Shown here: piece by piece, positions 9,968 through 18,343 of the stretch
Layout of the letters: each line of letters starts with the position of its first letter
How positions within the stretch are numbered: position 1 is the stretch's first letter
Origin: Candidatus Dormibacter sp.
Lineage (GTDB): Bacteria > Chloroflexota > Dormibacteria > CF-121
Reading direction: 5' to 3'
Length of the DNA: 64,000 nucleotides
NCBI GenBank assembly: GCA_039922495.1
Contig: JBDTEO010000017.1
Location: 84,430 to 148,429, forward strand
Notes under the pieces: generated by a model
What the model saw: only the letters and a program-made list of their open reading frames with translations
The model's database searches: none
What the model was told of the DNA's origin: nothing
Translations under genes and position numbers: made by a program

Positions 9968-10368
9968 TGACGGACCAGCGGCTGGTCGGTCGGACCTATG
10001 AGACCCAGCCCTTTGACGTCACGGAGCAATCCATCCGGGCCTACATGGACGCGGTGGGCGACACGCGATCGTCCGATCCGCTCGAGGCGCCGCCCACCTA
10101 CGCCATGGTCTACGGCTATGACGCCTACTGGCAGCTGTGGTCCGACCATGAGGTCGCCATGGACGTGGCGCGCCTTGTCCACGGGGACCAGCGATTTACC
10201 TTTCATCGCCCGGTGCGCCCGGGAGACCGCATCCGGACAACGGGCCGGCTGGCGAACGTGACCGTGCGCGGCGAGATGGAGTTGGTAACGTTCGAGGCCA
10301 ACGCGAGGGACGATCAGGGACAGCCGGTGTCCGAGTCGACCTCTCTGTTCATCATCCGCAAGCCATGA
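9967..10368 (+). CDS. MaoC-like hotdog protein, non-catalytic partner subunit (HadA-like)
   Basis: Hotdog-fold length and pattern, lacks the hydratase-2 motif; start overlaps the SCP2 stop, and its own stop overlaps the next hotdog gene. Confidence 0.6.
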   Translation: MTDQRLVGRTYETQPFDVTEQSIRAYMDAVGDTRSSDPLEAPPTYAMVYGYDAYWQLWSDHEVAMDVARLVHGDQRFTFHRPVRPGDRIRTTGRLANVTVRGEMELVTFEANARDDQGQPVSESTSLFIIRKP

Positions 10369-10808
10369 GCACGACGGCGGCCCTCCTCTACGAGGCGGTC
10401 GAGGTCGGGCAGGCGCTGCCATCGCTGCGCAAACGCGTGACTGTCGAACAGATCCGGGCCTACGCGGAGGCCTCGGCTGACCGCAATCCGATTCACCTCG
10501 ATGAGGGCTTCGCGCGCTCGGTGGGCTTGCCCGGGGTCATCGCGCACGGGATGCTGACGATGGCGTTCGCGAACCAGATGGTGACCGATTGGCTTGGCGA
10601 TCGCTCGCGCCTGAAGCGGCTTGATGGCCGCTTCGGTGGGATGGTCCAGCCGGGCGACGAGGTCACCTGTACGGGCACCGTGGCCAGGAACGACGAGGCC
10701 GCGCGGCGGGTGATCGTCAACCTGGTCGTGACGAATCAGCGCGGTGAGAAAGTGTTGACCAAGGGCGTGGCCGAGGCCGAGTTCCCCAAGAACGAGCCTC
10801 TCAAGTAA
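10365..10808 (+). CDS. MaoC family (R)-specific enoyl-CoA hydratase/dehydratase, catalytic subunit (HadB-like)
   Basis: Hydratase-2 motif SADRNPIHLDEGFARSVG. Confidence 0.7.
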   Translation: MSTTAALLYEAVEVGQALPSLRKRVTVEQIRAYAEASADRNPIHLDEGFARSVGLPGVIAHGMLTMAFANQMVTDWLGDRSRLKRLDGRFGGMVQPGDEVTCTGTVARNDEAARRVIVNLVVTNQRGEKVLTKGVAEAEFPKNEPLK

Positions 10809-10821
10809 AGGAGTAATCGCA

Positions 10822-12048
10822 ATGCCGCTGGACTTTACCCTGACCCCCGAACAAGAAGACATCAAGGCGCTGGCACACGAGTTCGCCGAAAAGGAGATCC
10901 GGCCGGTCGCGGCCCACTACGACGAAACCGAAGAGTTTCCCTGGCCCGTCCTCAAGAAGGCGCACCAGGTCGGGTTGACGCCCGTTGCCGTGATGCCCGA
11001 GGAATACGGAGGTGGCGGGCTCGACGTGATCAGCAACATGCTAATTGCCGAGGAACTGCACTGGGGCTGCGCCGGGATCGCGGTGGCGATCACCGGGACG
11101 GGACTGGCGGCGGCGGCGATCCTCGCCATGGGCAACGAAAGACAAAAGAAACGCTGGATCGGTGACTTCTGCAATGCGACGACCCCGGTGGTCGGGGCCA
11201 TGGGCCTGACCGAGCCCAGCACCGGGTCGGACGCGATGGCGATCGCAACGACCGCGAAAAAGACAGACGGCGGCTATGTGATCAATGGCGCCAAGCAATT
11301 CATCACCAACGGCGGTATCGCCGACATCCACGTGATCTTCGCCAACACGGACCCGACGATTGGCGCCGCCGGGATCGCCGCCTTCGTCGTCGAGAAAGGC
11401 AATCCGGGGCTCACCATGGGTCGCAAGGAGAAGAAGCTCGGGGTACGGGCCTCGCATACGGCACAGGTCATCCTCCAGGACTGTCTTGTGCCAACCGAGA
11501 ATCGCCTCGGCGGCGAACCGGGCGATCCGGATGCCGGACCCGGGGCCCTTGGCGCGCTGCTGATGCTGGAACACTCCCGCCCCGCGGTCGCGGCCGGATC
11601 GATCGGCATCGCGCGGGCCGCGTACGAGTTTGCGCTCGATTACGCCATGCAGCGGGTCGCCTTCGGCAAGCCGATCATCAAGCACGAAGGCATCGGCTTC
11701 AAGCTCGCGGACATGGCCATGAACATCGATGCGGCGCGGCTCTTGACCTGGCGTGCCGGCTGGATGGCGCAAAACAACATGTTGTTCAAGCGTGCTGAAG
11801 GCAGCATGGCCAAGGCATTCTCGGCCGACATGGGGATGCAGGTGGCCCTGGACGCCGTCCAGATTCTGGGCGGGTACGGGTACATCCGCGAGTATCCCGT
11901 CGAGAAGTGGATGCGCGACGCGAAGATTTACCAGATCTGGGAAGGGACGTCGGAGATCCAACGTCTGGTCATTTCCCGGGCCATCTCGGGTGACCGCCGG
12001 CCGCTGACGCGCCAGGACGCCGCGCCGCAGATCCGGAAGGTCAGCTGA
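10822..12048 (+). CDS. acyl-CoA dehydrogenase
   Basis: ACAD fold hallmarks, including the C-terminal catalytic-base region YQIWEGTSEIQRLVISR. Confidence 0.85.
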   Translation: MPLDFTLTPEQEDIKALAHEFAEKEIRPVAAHYDETEEFPWPVLKKAHQVGLTPVAVMPEEYGGGGLDVISNMLIAEELHWGCAGIAVAITGTGLAAAAILAMGNERQKKRWIGDFCNATTPVVGAMGLTEPSTGSDAMAIATTAKKTDGGYVINGAKQFITNGGIADIHVIFANTDPTIGAAGIAAFVVEKGNPGLTMGRKEKKLGVRASHTAQVILQDCLVPTENRLGGEPGDPDAGPGALGALLMLEHSRPAVAAGSIGIARAAYEFALDYAMQRVAFGKPIIKHEGIGFKLADMAMNIDAARLLTWRAGWMAQNNMLFKRAEGSMAKAFSADMGMQVALDAVQILGGYGYIREYPVEKWMRDAKIYQIWEGTSEIQRLVISRAISGDRRPLTRQDAAPQIRKVS

Positions 12049-12881
12049 TGATCGATCTGAAGGGCAAGGTCGCCCTCGTTACCGGCGGCTCCCGCGGGCT
12101 CGGCCGGGCCGACTGCCTGGCGCTGGCGCGCGCCGGGGCCGACGTGGTCGTGACCGACATCTTGATCGAAAGCGATCCGGAGTTGGAGAAAACCGCCGAG
12201 GCTTCCGAGAGCGTCTTCTCGCAGGTGATGGCGTCGCAAAAGGCCGTCTACGCCGAGAAGACGTCGAACGAGATTCGCGCCATGGGCCGTCGGTCGGTGG
12301 CGGTCAAGATGGACGTCACCAATCGGGAACAGGTCAAGGCCGTCGTCGATCAGGCGGTCAAAGACTTCGGAAGCCTCGACATCCTGGTCAACAACGCCGG
12401 CACCCTGGACCACATGGCGACCATCGAGAACCAGAACGATACGCTCTGGGAGCGAGACCTCAAGGTCAACCTGACGGGCGCCTACAACTGCTCCAGGGCC
12501 GTCTGGCCGCACATGAAGGCGAACAACTGGGGCCGCATCATCATGATGTCGTCGATTGCCGGCAGCATGGGCGGGTTCGGCCAGGCGAGCTACTCCGTCA
12601 CGAAAGCCGGTCTGCAAGGGCTGGCTCGCACCCTGGCGCTGGAAGGTGCTCGCTACAACATCACCTGCAACGCCATCGTGCCCGGCGTGATCGCGACCGA
12701 GGCCTTCAAGATGGGCCGCGCCGACATGAACGAGCGGATGGTCAAGCGCATCGCCATGCGGCGCCCGGGGGAGCCGGAGGATATCGCCAATGCGATCACG
12801 TTCCTCTGCTCGCCGGCGGCCGGGTATATTACCGGCGTCGCGCTGCCGGTGATGGGCGGCATGGACCTGTTTACGTTCTGA
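12048..12881 (+). CDS. SDR family oxidoreductase (3-hydroxyacyl-CoA/3-oxoacyl reductase-like) with an insertion of about 40 aa
   Basis: TGGSRGLGRA Rossmann motif and catalytic YSVTKAG; extra segment ILIESDPELEKTAEASESVFSQVMASQKAVYAEKTSNEIRAMG between betaB and alphaC. Confidence 0.8.
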   Translation: MIDLKGKVALVTGGSRGLGRADCLALARAGADVVVTDILIESDPELEKTAEASESVFSQVMASQKAVYAEKTSNEIRAMGRRSVAVKMDVTNREQVKAVVDQAVKDFGSLDILVNNAGTLDHMATIENQNDTLWERDLKVNLTGAYNCSRAVWPHMKANNWGRIIMMSSIAGSMGGFGQASYSVTKAGLQGLARTLALEGARYNITCNAIVPGVIATEAFKMGRADMNERMVKRIAMRRPGEPEDIANAITFLCSPAAGYITGVALPVMGGMDLFTF

Positions 12882-13690
12882 TGGCCGGCTTGCTCGAGAC
12901 CTCGACCCAGGACCTCGTGACGACTCTCCGAATGAAGCGGCCGCCGGTCAACGCGCTGACGGCCGAGTTGCAGGAGGAGTTGGTCGAGCGGTTGGCCGAA
13001 CTTGCCGAGGACCCTGCGACCCGGGTGGTGGTCCTGACGAGCGCCATCGACCGGTATTTCATGGCCGGGGCGGACATCAAATTGATGGGTGGGGAAGACG
13101 GGTTCGACCGCGAAAACCCCGCGACCCTGGAACGCATCGCCCAGATGTCGCGCCGCAGCCAGGCCGCGTTCACCCGCGTCGAGCATTTCCCAAAGCCGTT
13201 GATCGCCGCCATCAATGGCCATGCGCTGGGCGGCGGATGCGAGCTGGCGCTCGTCTGCGATTACCGGCTGATGATCGACGACGGGCGCTCGACGATTGGC
13301 CTCACCGAAACGAGTCTCGGGCTCATCCCCGGCGCCGGCGGCACCCAGCGCCTGCCACGGTTGGTCGGCCAGGCTCGCGCCACGGAACTGATTTTTGAGG
13401 CCAAGCGGCTCAAGGCGCCGGAGGCGCTCGGCATCGGGCTGGTGCATGCCGCCATCCCGCCTGAGGCGTTCGAGGCAACGGTCAGGCAGCGGGCGGAGGC
13501 CCTGTCGCGTTCGGCGCCGATCGCGCTGCGCCTTGCCAAGGAAGCGATCATCGCCGGCATGGAGCGCGCCCCGGGCAAGGCCTATGAGGTCGAGGCGGAG
13601 AACTTCGGACGCACGGCGATGACCGAGGACGCGGCGATCGGCATCATGTCCTTCGTCAGCAAGCAGCAGCCTGAGTTCACGGGCAAGTAG
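12881..13690 (+). CDS. enoyl-CoA hydratase/isomerase (crotonase) family protein
   Basis: Crotonase oxyanion-hole blocks (AAINGHALGGGCELAL, TETSLGLIPGAGGTQRL). Confidence 0.85.
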   Translation: MAGLLETSTQDLVTTLRMKRPPVNALTAELQEELVERLAELAEDPATRVVVLTSAIDRYFMAGADIKLMGGEDGFDRENPATLERIAQMSRRSQAAFTRVEHFPKPLIAAINGHALGGGCELALVCDYRLMIDDGRSTIGLTETSLGLIPGAGGTQRLPRLVGQARATELIFEAKRLKAPEALGIGLVHAAIPPEAFEATVRQRAEALSRSAPIALRLAKEAIIAGMERAPGKAYEVEAENFGRTAMTEDAAIGIMSFVSKQQPEFTGK

Positions 13691-14464
13691 TCAGTCCACC
13701 GGGCGGTACTGGCTGACCCCGCCACGGATCGCCGTGAGCACGGCCTCGACCCGCTCCGCGGTGGGGCCATTGGCCCGCAGGATCAGTTCGCGGCTTTCCG
13801 TCTGCGGATAGGATCCTAACGACACGTCGGGAAACTCATGCTCGAGGGTCTGCATGATGTCGTGGAAGGCGCTTTCCGGCACGGCGCGATATCGCAACTC
13901 CCGAACGACGTCGCCCCGCTCGCCGAGCAGGTAGCGGCCCTGGATGGCATCGAACACGGCGCGAAGTTCTGCCGGAACGCCTGGGAGGGCGAACAGGGTG
14001 CGATCGGCGCCCAGCTCGAAGGCGAGGCCGGGGGCCATCCCGGCACCGTTGTGGACAAGGATGGCGCCTTCGGGCAAAAAGGCCATCTTCCGGTTCCCCG
14101 CATTGAGCTCGGCGGTACCGCGCCGAACGGCCATGTTGAACACGAACATGCGATTCTGCATCTCCCGGCCGACTTCCCGGTAATAGCGGAGCGGCCGATT
14201 GAGCGCGTGGGCGAGCGCGACGTAGGTTCGGTCATCCGGCGTGGGCCCGAGTCCACCGCAGACGAAGATGCGCGACAGGTCGGGCTGGGCGAGATGCTCT
14301 CGAATGGCGCGCACGATGTCATCATCGACATCGCCCACGGTCGTGATCAGGCGCGTTTCGAATCCACACTGAAAAAGCCGGGCGGCCAGCCAATTGGAAT
14401 TGGTGTCAACGGTGAACCCGCGCAGGATCTCATTGCCGACGACCACGATGCTGGAGCGCGGCAC
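13691..14464 (-). CDS. CinA-like molybdopterin-binding (MoCF) domain protein
   Basis: IVVVGNEILRGFTVDTNSNWLAARL matches the CinA/MoaB N-terminal domain signature; the C-terminal half is not the CinA deamidase. Confidence 0.6.
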   Translation of the reverse strand: MPRSSIVVVGNEILRGFTVDTNSNWLAARLFQCGFETRLITTVGDVDDDIVRAIREHLAQPDLSRIFVCGGLGPTPDDRTYVALAHALNRPLRYYREVGREMQNRMFVFNMAVRRGTAELNAGNRKMAFLPEGAILVHNGAGMAPGLAFELGADRTLFALPGVPAELRAVFDAIQGRYLLGERGDVVRELRYRAVPESAFHDIMQTLEHEFPDVSLGSYPQTESRELILRANGPTAERVEAVLTAIRGGVSQYRPVD

Positions 14465-14473
14465 GGTTCCATA

Positions 14474-15112
14474 ATGACAGGAGTGCCCAGATCCGCCTAC
14501 GAACGCAGCAAGGGCCTGGAAACCGTCACCTGGCGGCAGTTTCCCCTCGGACGGGGACTGGCGCTATCCCTGCTCGAACAGGAATCGGCCGCCGGTCGCC
14601 AGGCGGACGGGCAGGCCTTGCTCAACGCGCTAGACGAAGCGGCCGGCCTGCCGCCCTGCAAGCTGACCGTAGCGGATCGACCGCAGCGGCACCGGACGCG
14701 CGACGGCCGGTTGGCGCTCAAGACGTATGGCTATTACCGGATCGCCTGGGAGTCCGTCCCACGGCGGGGATCGATCCGGATCTACAACCTGACGGCCATT
14801 CGGCAGCAGGTGCTGGCGCCCAAGGTTTTTCTCGAGACGCTGCTGCACGAGTGGGTGCACCACTACGACTTCACCGGGCTGGAGCTGGATCGCTCGCCGC
14901 ACACGTCAGGCTTCTACGCCCGGATCCGCGACCTTGCGGAGACGCTCGGCGTTGGATTCGTCACACCACCCAAGCGCGAGATGGTCGGCGTTGCCAGCGT
15001 CGCGGACGATGTGACTGTGGCGACCCCCGACCGGTTACGGCCGGGCGGCGTCGCCCCACCGCAGTGGATCCGCGACCAGGTCATGGGCCTCTTTGGCCGG
15101 CCCGGCCGCTAG
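14474..15112 (+). CDS. putative zinc metalloprotease, SprT/DUF45-like (HExxH)
   Basis: LLHEWVHH HExxH motif preceded by a YYRIAW ... IRIY beta-strand pattern as in SprT-like domains; ATG 10 nt from the divergent CinA-like start. Confidence 0.5.
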   Translation: MTGVPRSAYERSKGLETVTWRQFPLGRGLALSLLEQESAAGRQADGQALLNALDEAAGLPPCKLTVADRPQRHRTRDGRLALKTYGYYRIAWESVPRRGSIRIYNLTAIRQQVLAPKVFLETLLHEWVHHYDFTGLELDRSPHTSGFYARIRDLAETLGVGFVTPPKREMVGVASVADDVTVATPDRLRPGGVAPPQWIRDQVMGLFGRPGR

Positions 15113-15242
15113 CTCAGGCTCAGCCTCGACCAGTACAATACGGCGGGCGTTTCCGTGCCCGATCACCTAGGAAGGGAGGCAACACCTGCTCGCGGCTGCC
15201 ATCGCGGTTGACGACGCTTCGGCGACGACAGTCCTGGCTCTC

Positions 15243-17237
15243 GTGAGCATCACGGCGATCCTCGCCCTGGCTTACGGCGGCCTGCTGACCCGCTGGGTGC
15301 TCGCCGCCGATGCGGGCGACGCCACCATGGCCCGCATCGCCAAAGCGATCCAGGAAGGCGCCGCCGCCTATCTCAATCGGCAATACGCGACGATCGCGAT
15401 CATCGGCCTGGTCCTGGCGGTGGTGATCACGCTCGTGATCAACGTCGAGACCGGAATCCTGTACGTCGTTGGCGCGGCCTGCTCGGCCCTGGCCGGCTAC
15501 GTCGGCATGAACGTCTCGGTCCGAGCCAATGTCAGGACCGCGCAGGCGGCGACGGGAGGCCTGGACCGGGCGCTGCGGCTGGCTTTTCGGGGTGGCGCCG
15601 TCACCGGCCTTTTCGTCGTCGGACTCGGGTTGCTCGGCGTGACGCTGTCCTACTGGGTCTTCAAGAAGCCGGAAGCGTTGGTCGGGCTCGCCTTCGGTGC
15701 CAGCCTGATCAGCGTTTTCGCCCGACTGGGCGGCGGGATTTTCACCAAGGCCGCCGATGTGGGGGCCGACCTGGTCGGCAAGGTGGAAGCCGGCATTCCC
15801 GAGGACGACCCGCGGAATCCCGCCGTGATCGCAGATAACGTCGGGGACAACGTGGGCGACTGCGCCGGCATGGCCGCCGACCTGTTCGAGACATACGCCG
15901 TCACCGCGATCGCGGCGATGCTGCTCGGGAGCCTCCTCTTCCCGGGCCAGTTGCGGTTCGTCCTCTTCCCGCTGATCCTGGGCGGGATCTCCATCATTGC
16001 CACGATCATCGGAACCCTCTTCGTCAGGCTCGGAAGCAGCACCTGGATCATGGGTGCGCTCTATCGCGGACTGGGCGTCAGCGCCGGGCTGGCGCTCCTG
16101 GGCTTTCTCGCGATCACGCTCGCGATGAATTTGAACTTCAATCTCTTCTGGGCGGCGGTCGTGGGCGTCATTGTGACGCTCGCGATCGTGGGCATCACGG
16201 AGTTCTTCACGAGCGCCAGTTACGCCCCGGTTCGCCTGATCGCGAGGGCGTCAACCACCGGCCACGCCACGAACATCATCGCCGGCCAGGCGATCGGCAT
16301 GCTCGGCACGGGACTTCCAGTCCTCGTCATCGGGGTCGGCATCCTGGTCTCCTTCTTCCTCAATCAAGAGCCGGGCGTCACGGGCGCTGGCCTCTATGGT
16401 GTGGCGATCGCGGCGATGGCGATGCTCTCCATGACCGGGATCATCGTCGCCATCGATGCCTACGGGCCAATCACGGACAACGCCGGCGGGATCGCCGAGA
16501 TGGCCAACCTCCCGGAGTCGGTGCGGAATATTACCGACCGCCTTGATGCCGTCGGTAATACGACCAAGGCCGTCACCAAAGGCTATGCGATCGGTTCCGC
16601 CGGCCTGGCCGCGCTGGTCCTGTTCTCCTCCTACACGCAGGAGGTGGGGAAGGGCAGGCACCTCCTCTTCGACCTGACGGATCCCCTGGTGATCGTGGGG
16701 CTCTTTTTTGGCGGCATTCTGCCCTTCCTGTTCGGGTCGCTGAGCATGCTGGCCGTCGGTCGTGCTGCAGGCCAGGTGGTCGTCGAGGTCCGGCGCCAGT
16801 TCCGCGAGATCAAGGGGCTCATGGAGGGCACGGCCCTGCCCGAATACGGCCGTGCGGTCGACCTGGTGACCAAGGCCGCCCAGCGCGAGATGATCGTGCC
16901 TGGGCTGATCCCGGTAGCGGCACCGCTTCTCGTCGGCTTCATCCTGGGCCCCAAGGCACTGGGCGGGATGCTGATCGGTGCGATCGTCACCGGCATCTTC
17001 CTGGCGATCCAGATGACCTCCGGGGGAGGCGCCTGGGATAATGCCAAGAAATACATCGAGGATGGTCACTACGGCGGCAAGGGCACCGAGACCCACGCGG
17101 CGGCCGTGACCGGCGATACCGTGGGCGACCCCAACAAGGACACCGCCGGGCCGGCGATCAACCCGATGATCAAGGTGATCAACATCATCGCCATCCTCAT
17201 CGCCCCCATGATCGCCACGAATTCACTGATTCACTAG
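15243..17237 (+). CDS. hppA: membrane-bound H+(or Na+)-translocating pyrophosphatase
   Basis: About 16 TM helices; [20 protein letters not shown] and [19 protein letters not shown] are hallmark H+-PPase motifs. Confidence 0.95.
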   Translation: MSITAILALAYGGLLTRWVLAADAGDATMARIAKAIQEGAAAYLNRQYATIAIIGLVLAVVITLVINVETGILYVVGAACSALAGYVGMNVSVRANVRTAQAATGGLDRALRLAFRGGAVTGLFVVGLGLLGVTLSYWVFKKPEALVGLAFGASLISVFARLGGGIFTKAADVGADLVGKVEAGIPEDDPRNPAVIADNVGDNVGDCAGMAADLFETYAVTAIAAMLLGSLLFPGQLRFVLFPLILGGISIIATIIGTLFVRLGSSTWIMGALYRGLGVSAGLALLGFLAITLAMNLNFNLFWAAVVGVIVTLAIVGITEFFTSASYAPVRLIARASTTGHATNIIAGQAIGMLGTGLPVLVIGVGILVSFFLNQEPGVTGAGLYGVAIAAMAMLSMTGIIVAIDAYGPITDNAGGIAEMANLPESVRNITDRLDAVGNTTKAVTKGYAIGSAGLAALVLFSSYTQEVGKGRHLLFDLTDPLVIVGLFFGGILPFLFGSLSMLAVGRAAGQVVVEVRRQFREIKGLMEGTALPEYGRAVDLVTKAAQREMIVPGLIPVAAPLLVGFILGPKALGGMLIGAIVTGIFLAIQMTSGGGAWDNAKKYIEDGHYGGKGTETHAAAVTGDTVGDPNKDTAGPAINPMIKVINIIAILIAPMIATNSLIH

Positions 17238-17272
17238 TTCCCAGGCGGCTGTGGCTCAAATACACTTGAGGC

Positions 17273-17614
17273 ATGGACGAATACCTGCTCGAGATCAACG
17301 AGTTGCACCGTCGCATCGCGAAGCTCAAGTTCGACCATGCCTCGACCGTCCTCATCGATGAGCTCGAAGCCCAACTCCGGATCCTCAAGGCCCTTTACGA
17401 TTCGGCGATCGGCCTGTACGCCATGGGCCAGGGTGACCCAGGCCTGCAGACCGCGTTCCGGGAACGGGATCTGGGTGATTGGACGGTCGAAAATGTCTAT
17501 TTCTTCGTGTACGAGCAGGCAATGGCATTGGAGCCAGAGGGCCACGACCTCGCGACCCTGATCTGGCACCAGGACTTTGCAGCGCCGCTGCGCACGGGGG
17601 TCCTGGCCAAATAG
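17273..17614 (+). CDS. hypothetical protein
   Basis: 113-aa ORF ending just before a perfect palindromic terminator; no motif. Confidence 0.4.
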   Translation: MDEYLLEINELHRRIAKLKFDHASTVLIDELEAQLRILKALYDSAIGLYAMGQGDPGLQTAFRERDLGDWTVENVYFFVYEQAMALEPEGHDLATLIWHQDFAAPLRTGVLAK

Positions 17615-17618
17615 AAAA

Positions 17619-17642
17619 CGAGGAGCCCGTACGGGCTCCTCG
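17619..17642. terminator. bidirectional intrinsic-terminator-like hairpin between convergent genes
   Basis: CGAGGAGCCCGTACGGGCTCCTCG is a perfect 24-nt palindrome (11-bp stem, 2-nt loop). Confidence 0.5.
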
Positions 17643-17661
17643 CTCAAACAATCGTTGTCAG

Positions 17662-18180
17662 TTAGTCGTTGCTATGGCCGCGGCCGTGGCCCTGTCCATG
17701 CGACTGGGCCGACTTGCCGTGAATCGCGCTGGTCGTATCGGTCGTATCGGTCGCGTCGGTCGCGTCCGTGGTCGCCGGTTCGGTCGCGTCCGGCGTTTCG
17801 GTGGCCTGCGTGTTCGCGCTGATCTTCGCCGTATTGAACTGCGCGCACCAAGTGTGAACCGTCGACATCAGCTTGCCGTGAAAGTTCTTCGAAATCTTGG
17901 TCGCACCGGCCGCCGGCGCCAGGGCGAGGTCCTTGTTCTGGGCGAACGTCGAGACGCACTCGCCCGGGTTCTTGAACGCCTTGAGTGTAAGGGCGTTCTG
18001 GCCGCTGAGCGAGATCAGGTTGAACGTCGGGGTCGTGGCGCCGGTCGGAAGGGTCAGCGTGACCGGCTTCGCGTTGGCAACCGAGACCGTGTTGTTGGCA
18101 GCGTAGGCACCGGCAACGCCGAGTGAGAGTGCGCCTGTCGCTAGTCCTGCCGCGATTTTCACCTTCGTACTACCGAACAT
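17662..18180 (-). CDS. secreted hypothetical protein with a Thr/Asp tripeptide-repeat linker and a His/Gly-rich C-terminal tail
   Basis: Signal peptide MFGSTKVKIAAGLATGALSLGVAGAYA; TDATDATDTTDTTS encoded by 9-bp tandem DNA repeats; tail HGKSAQSHGQGHGRGHSND. Confidence 0.55.
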   Translation of the reverse strand: MFGSTKVKIAAGLATGALSLGVAGAYAANNTVSVANAKPVTLTLPTGATTPTFNLISLSGQNALTLKAFKNPGECVSTFAQNKDLALAPAAGATKISKNFHGKLMSTVHTWCAQFNTAKISANTQATETPDATEPATTDATDATDTTDTTSAIHGKSAQSHGQGHGRGHSND

Positions 18181-18343
18181 GCTTTATCAATCCTCCTTGG
18201 ATGATTCCGATGATCTACAAGCTAAAACGGCTGATCGCACGGCCCGCATATGGGCGACCATGGCACCGTTACAGCGAACGAGAGGGCCGCCTCGGGACGG
18301 TGACCCGGTTGTAACGGGAGCGCGCGTATCCTGAAACGCGAAG

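Noticed and set aside
13838-14473. N-terminal 212 codons of the 424-aa plus-strand ORF 13838-15112
   Set aside because: Entirely antisense to the CinA-like gene, which has a strong family motif. The plus-strand translation there is Gly/Ala-rich junk. Only the part after ATG 14474 was kept.
16251-17096. 281-aa minus-strand ORF inside the H+-PPase gene
   Set aside because: Antisense to one of the most confidently identified genes in the window.
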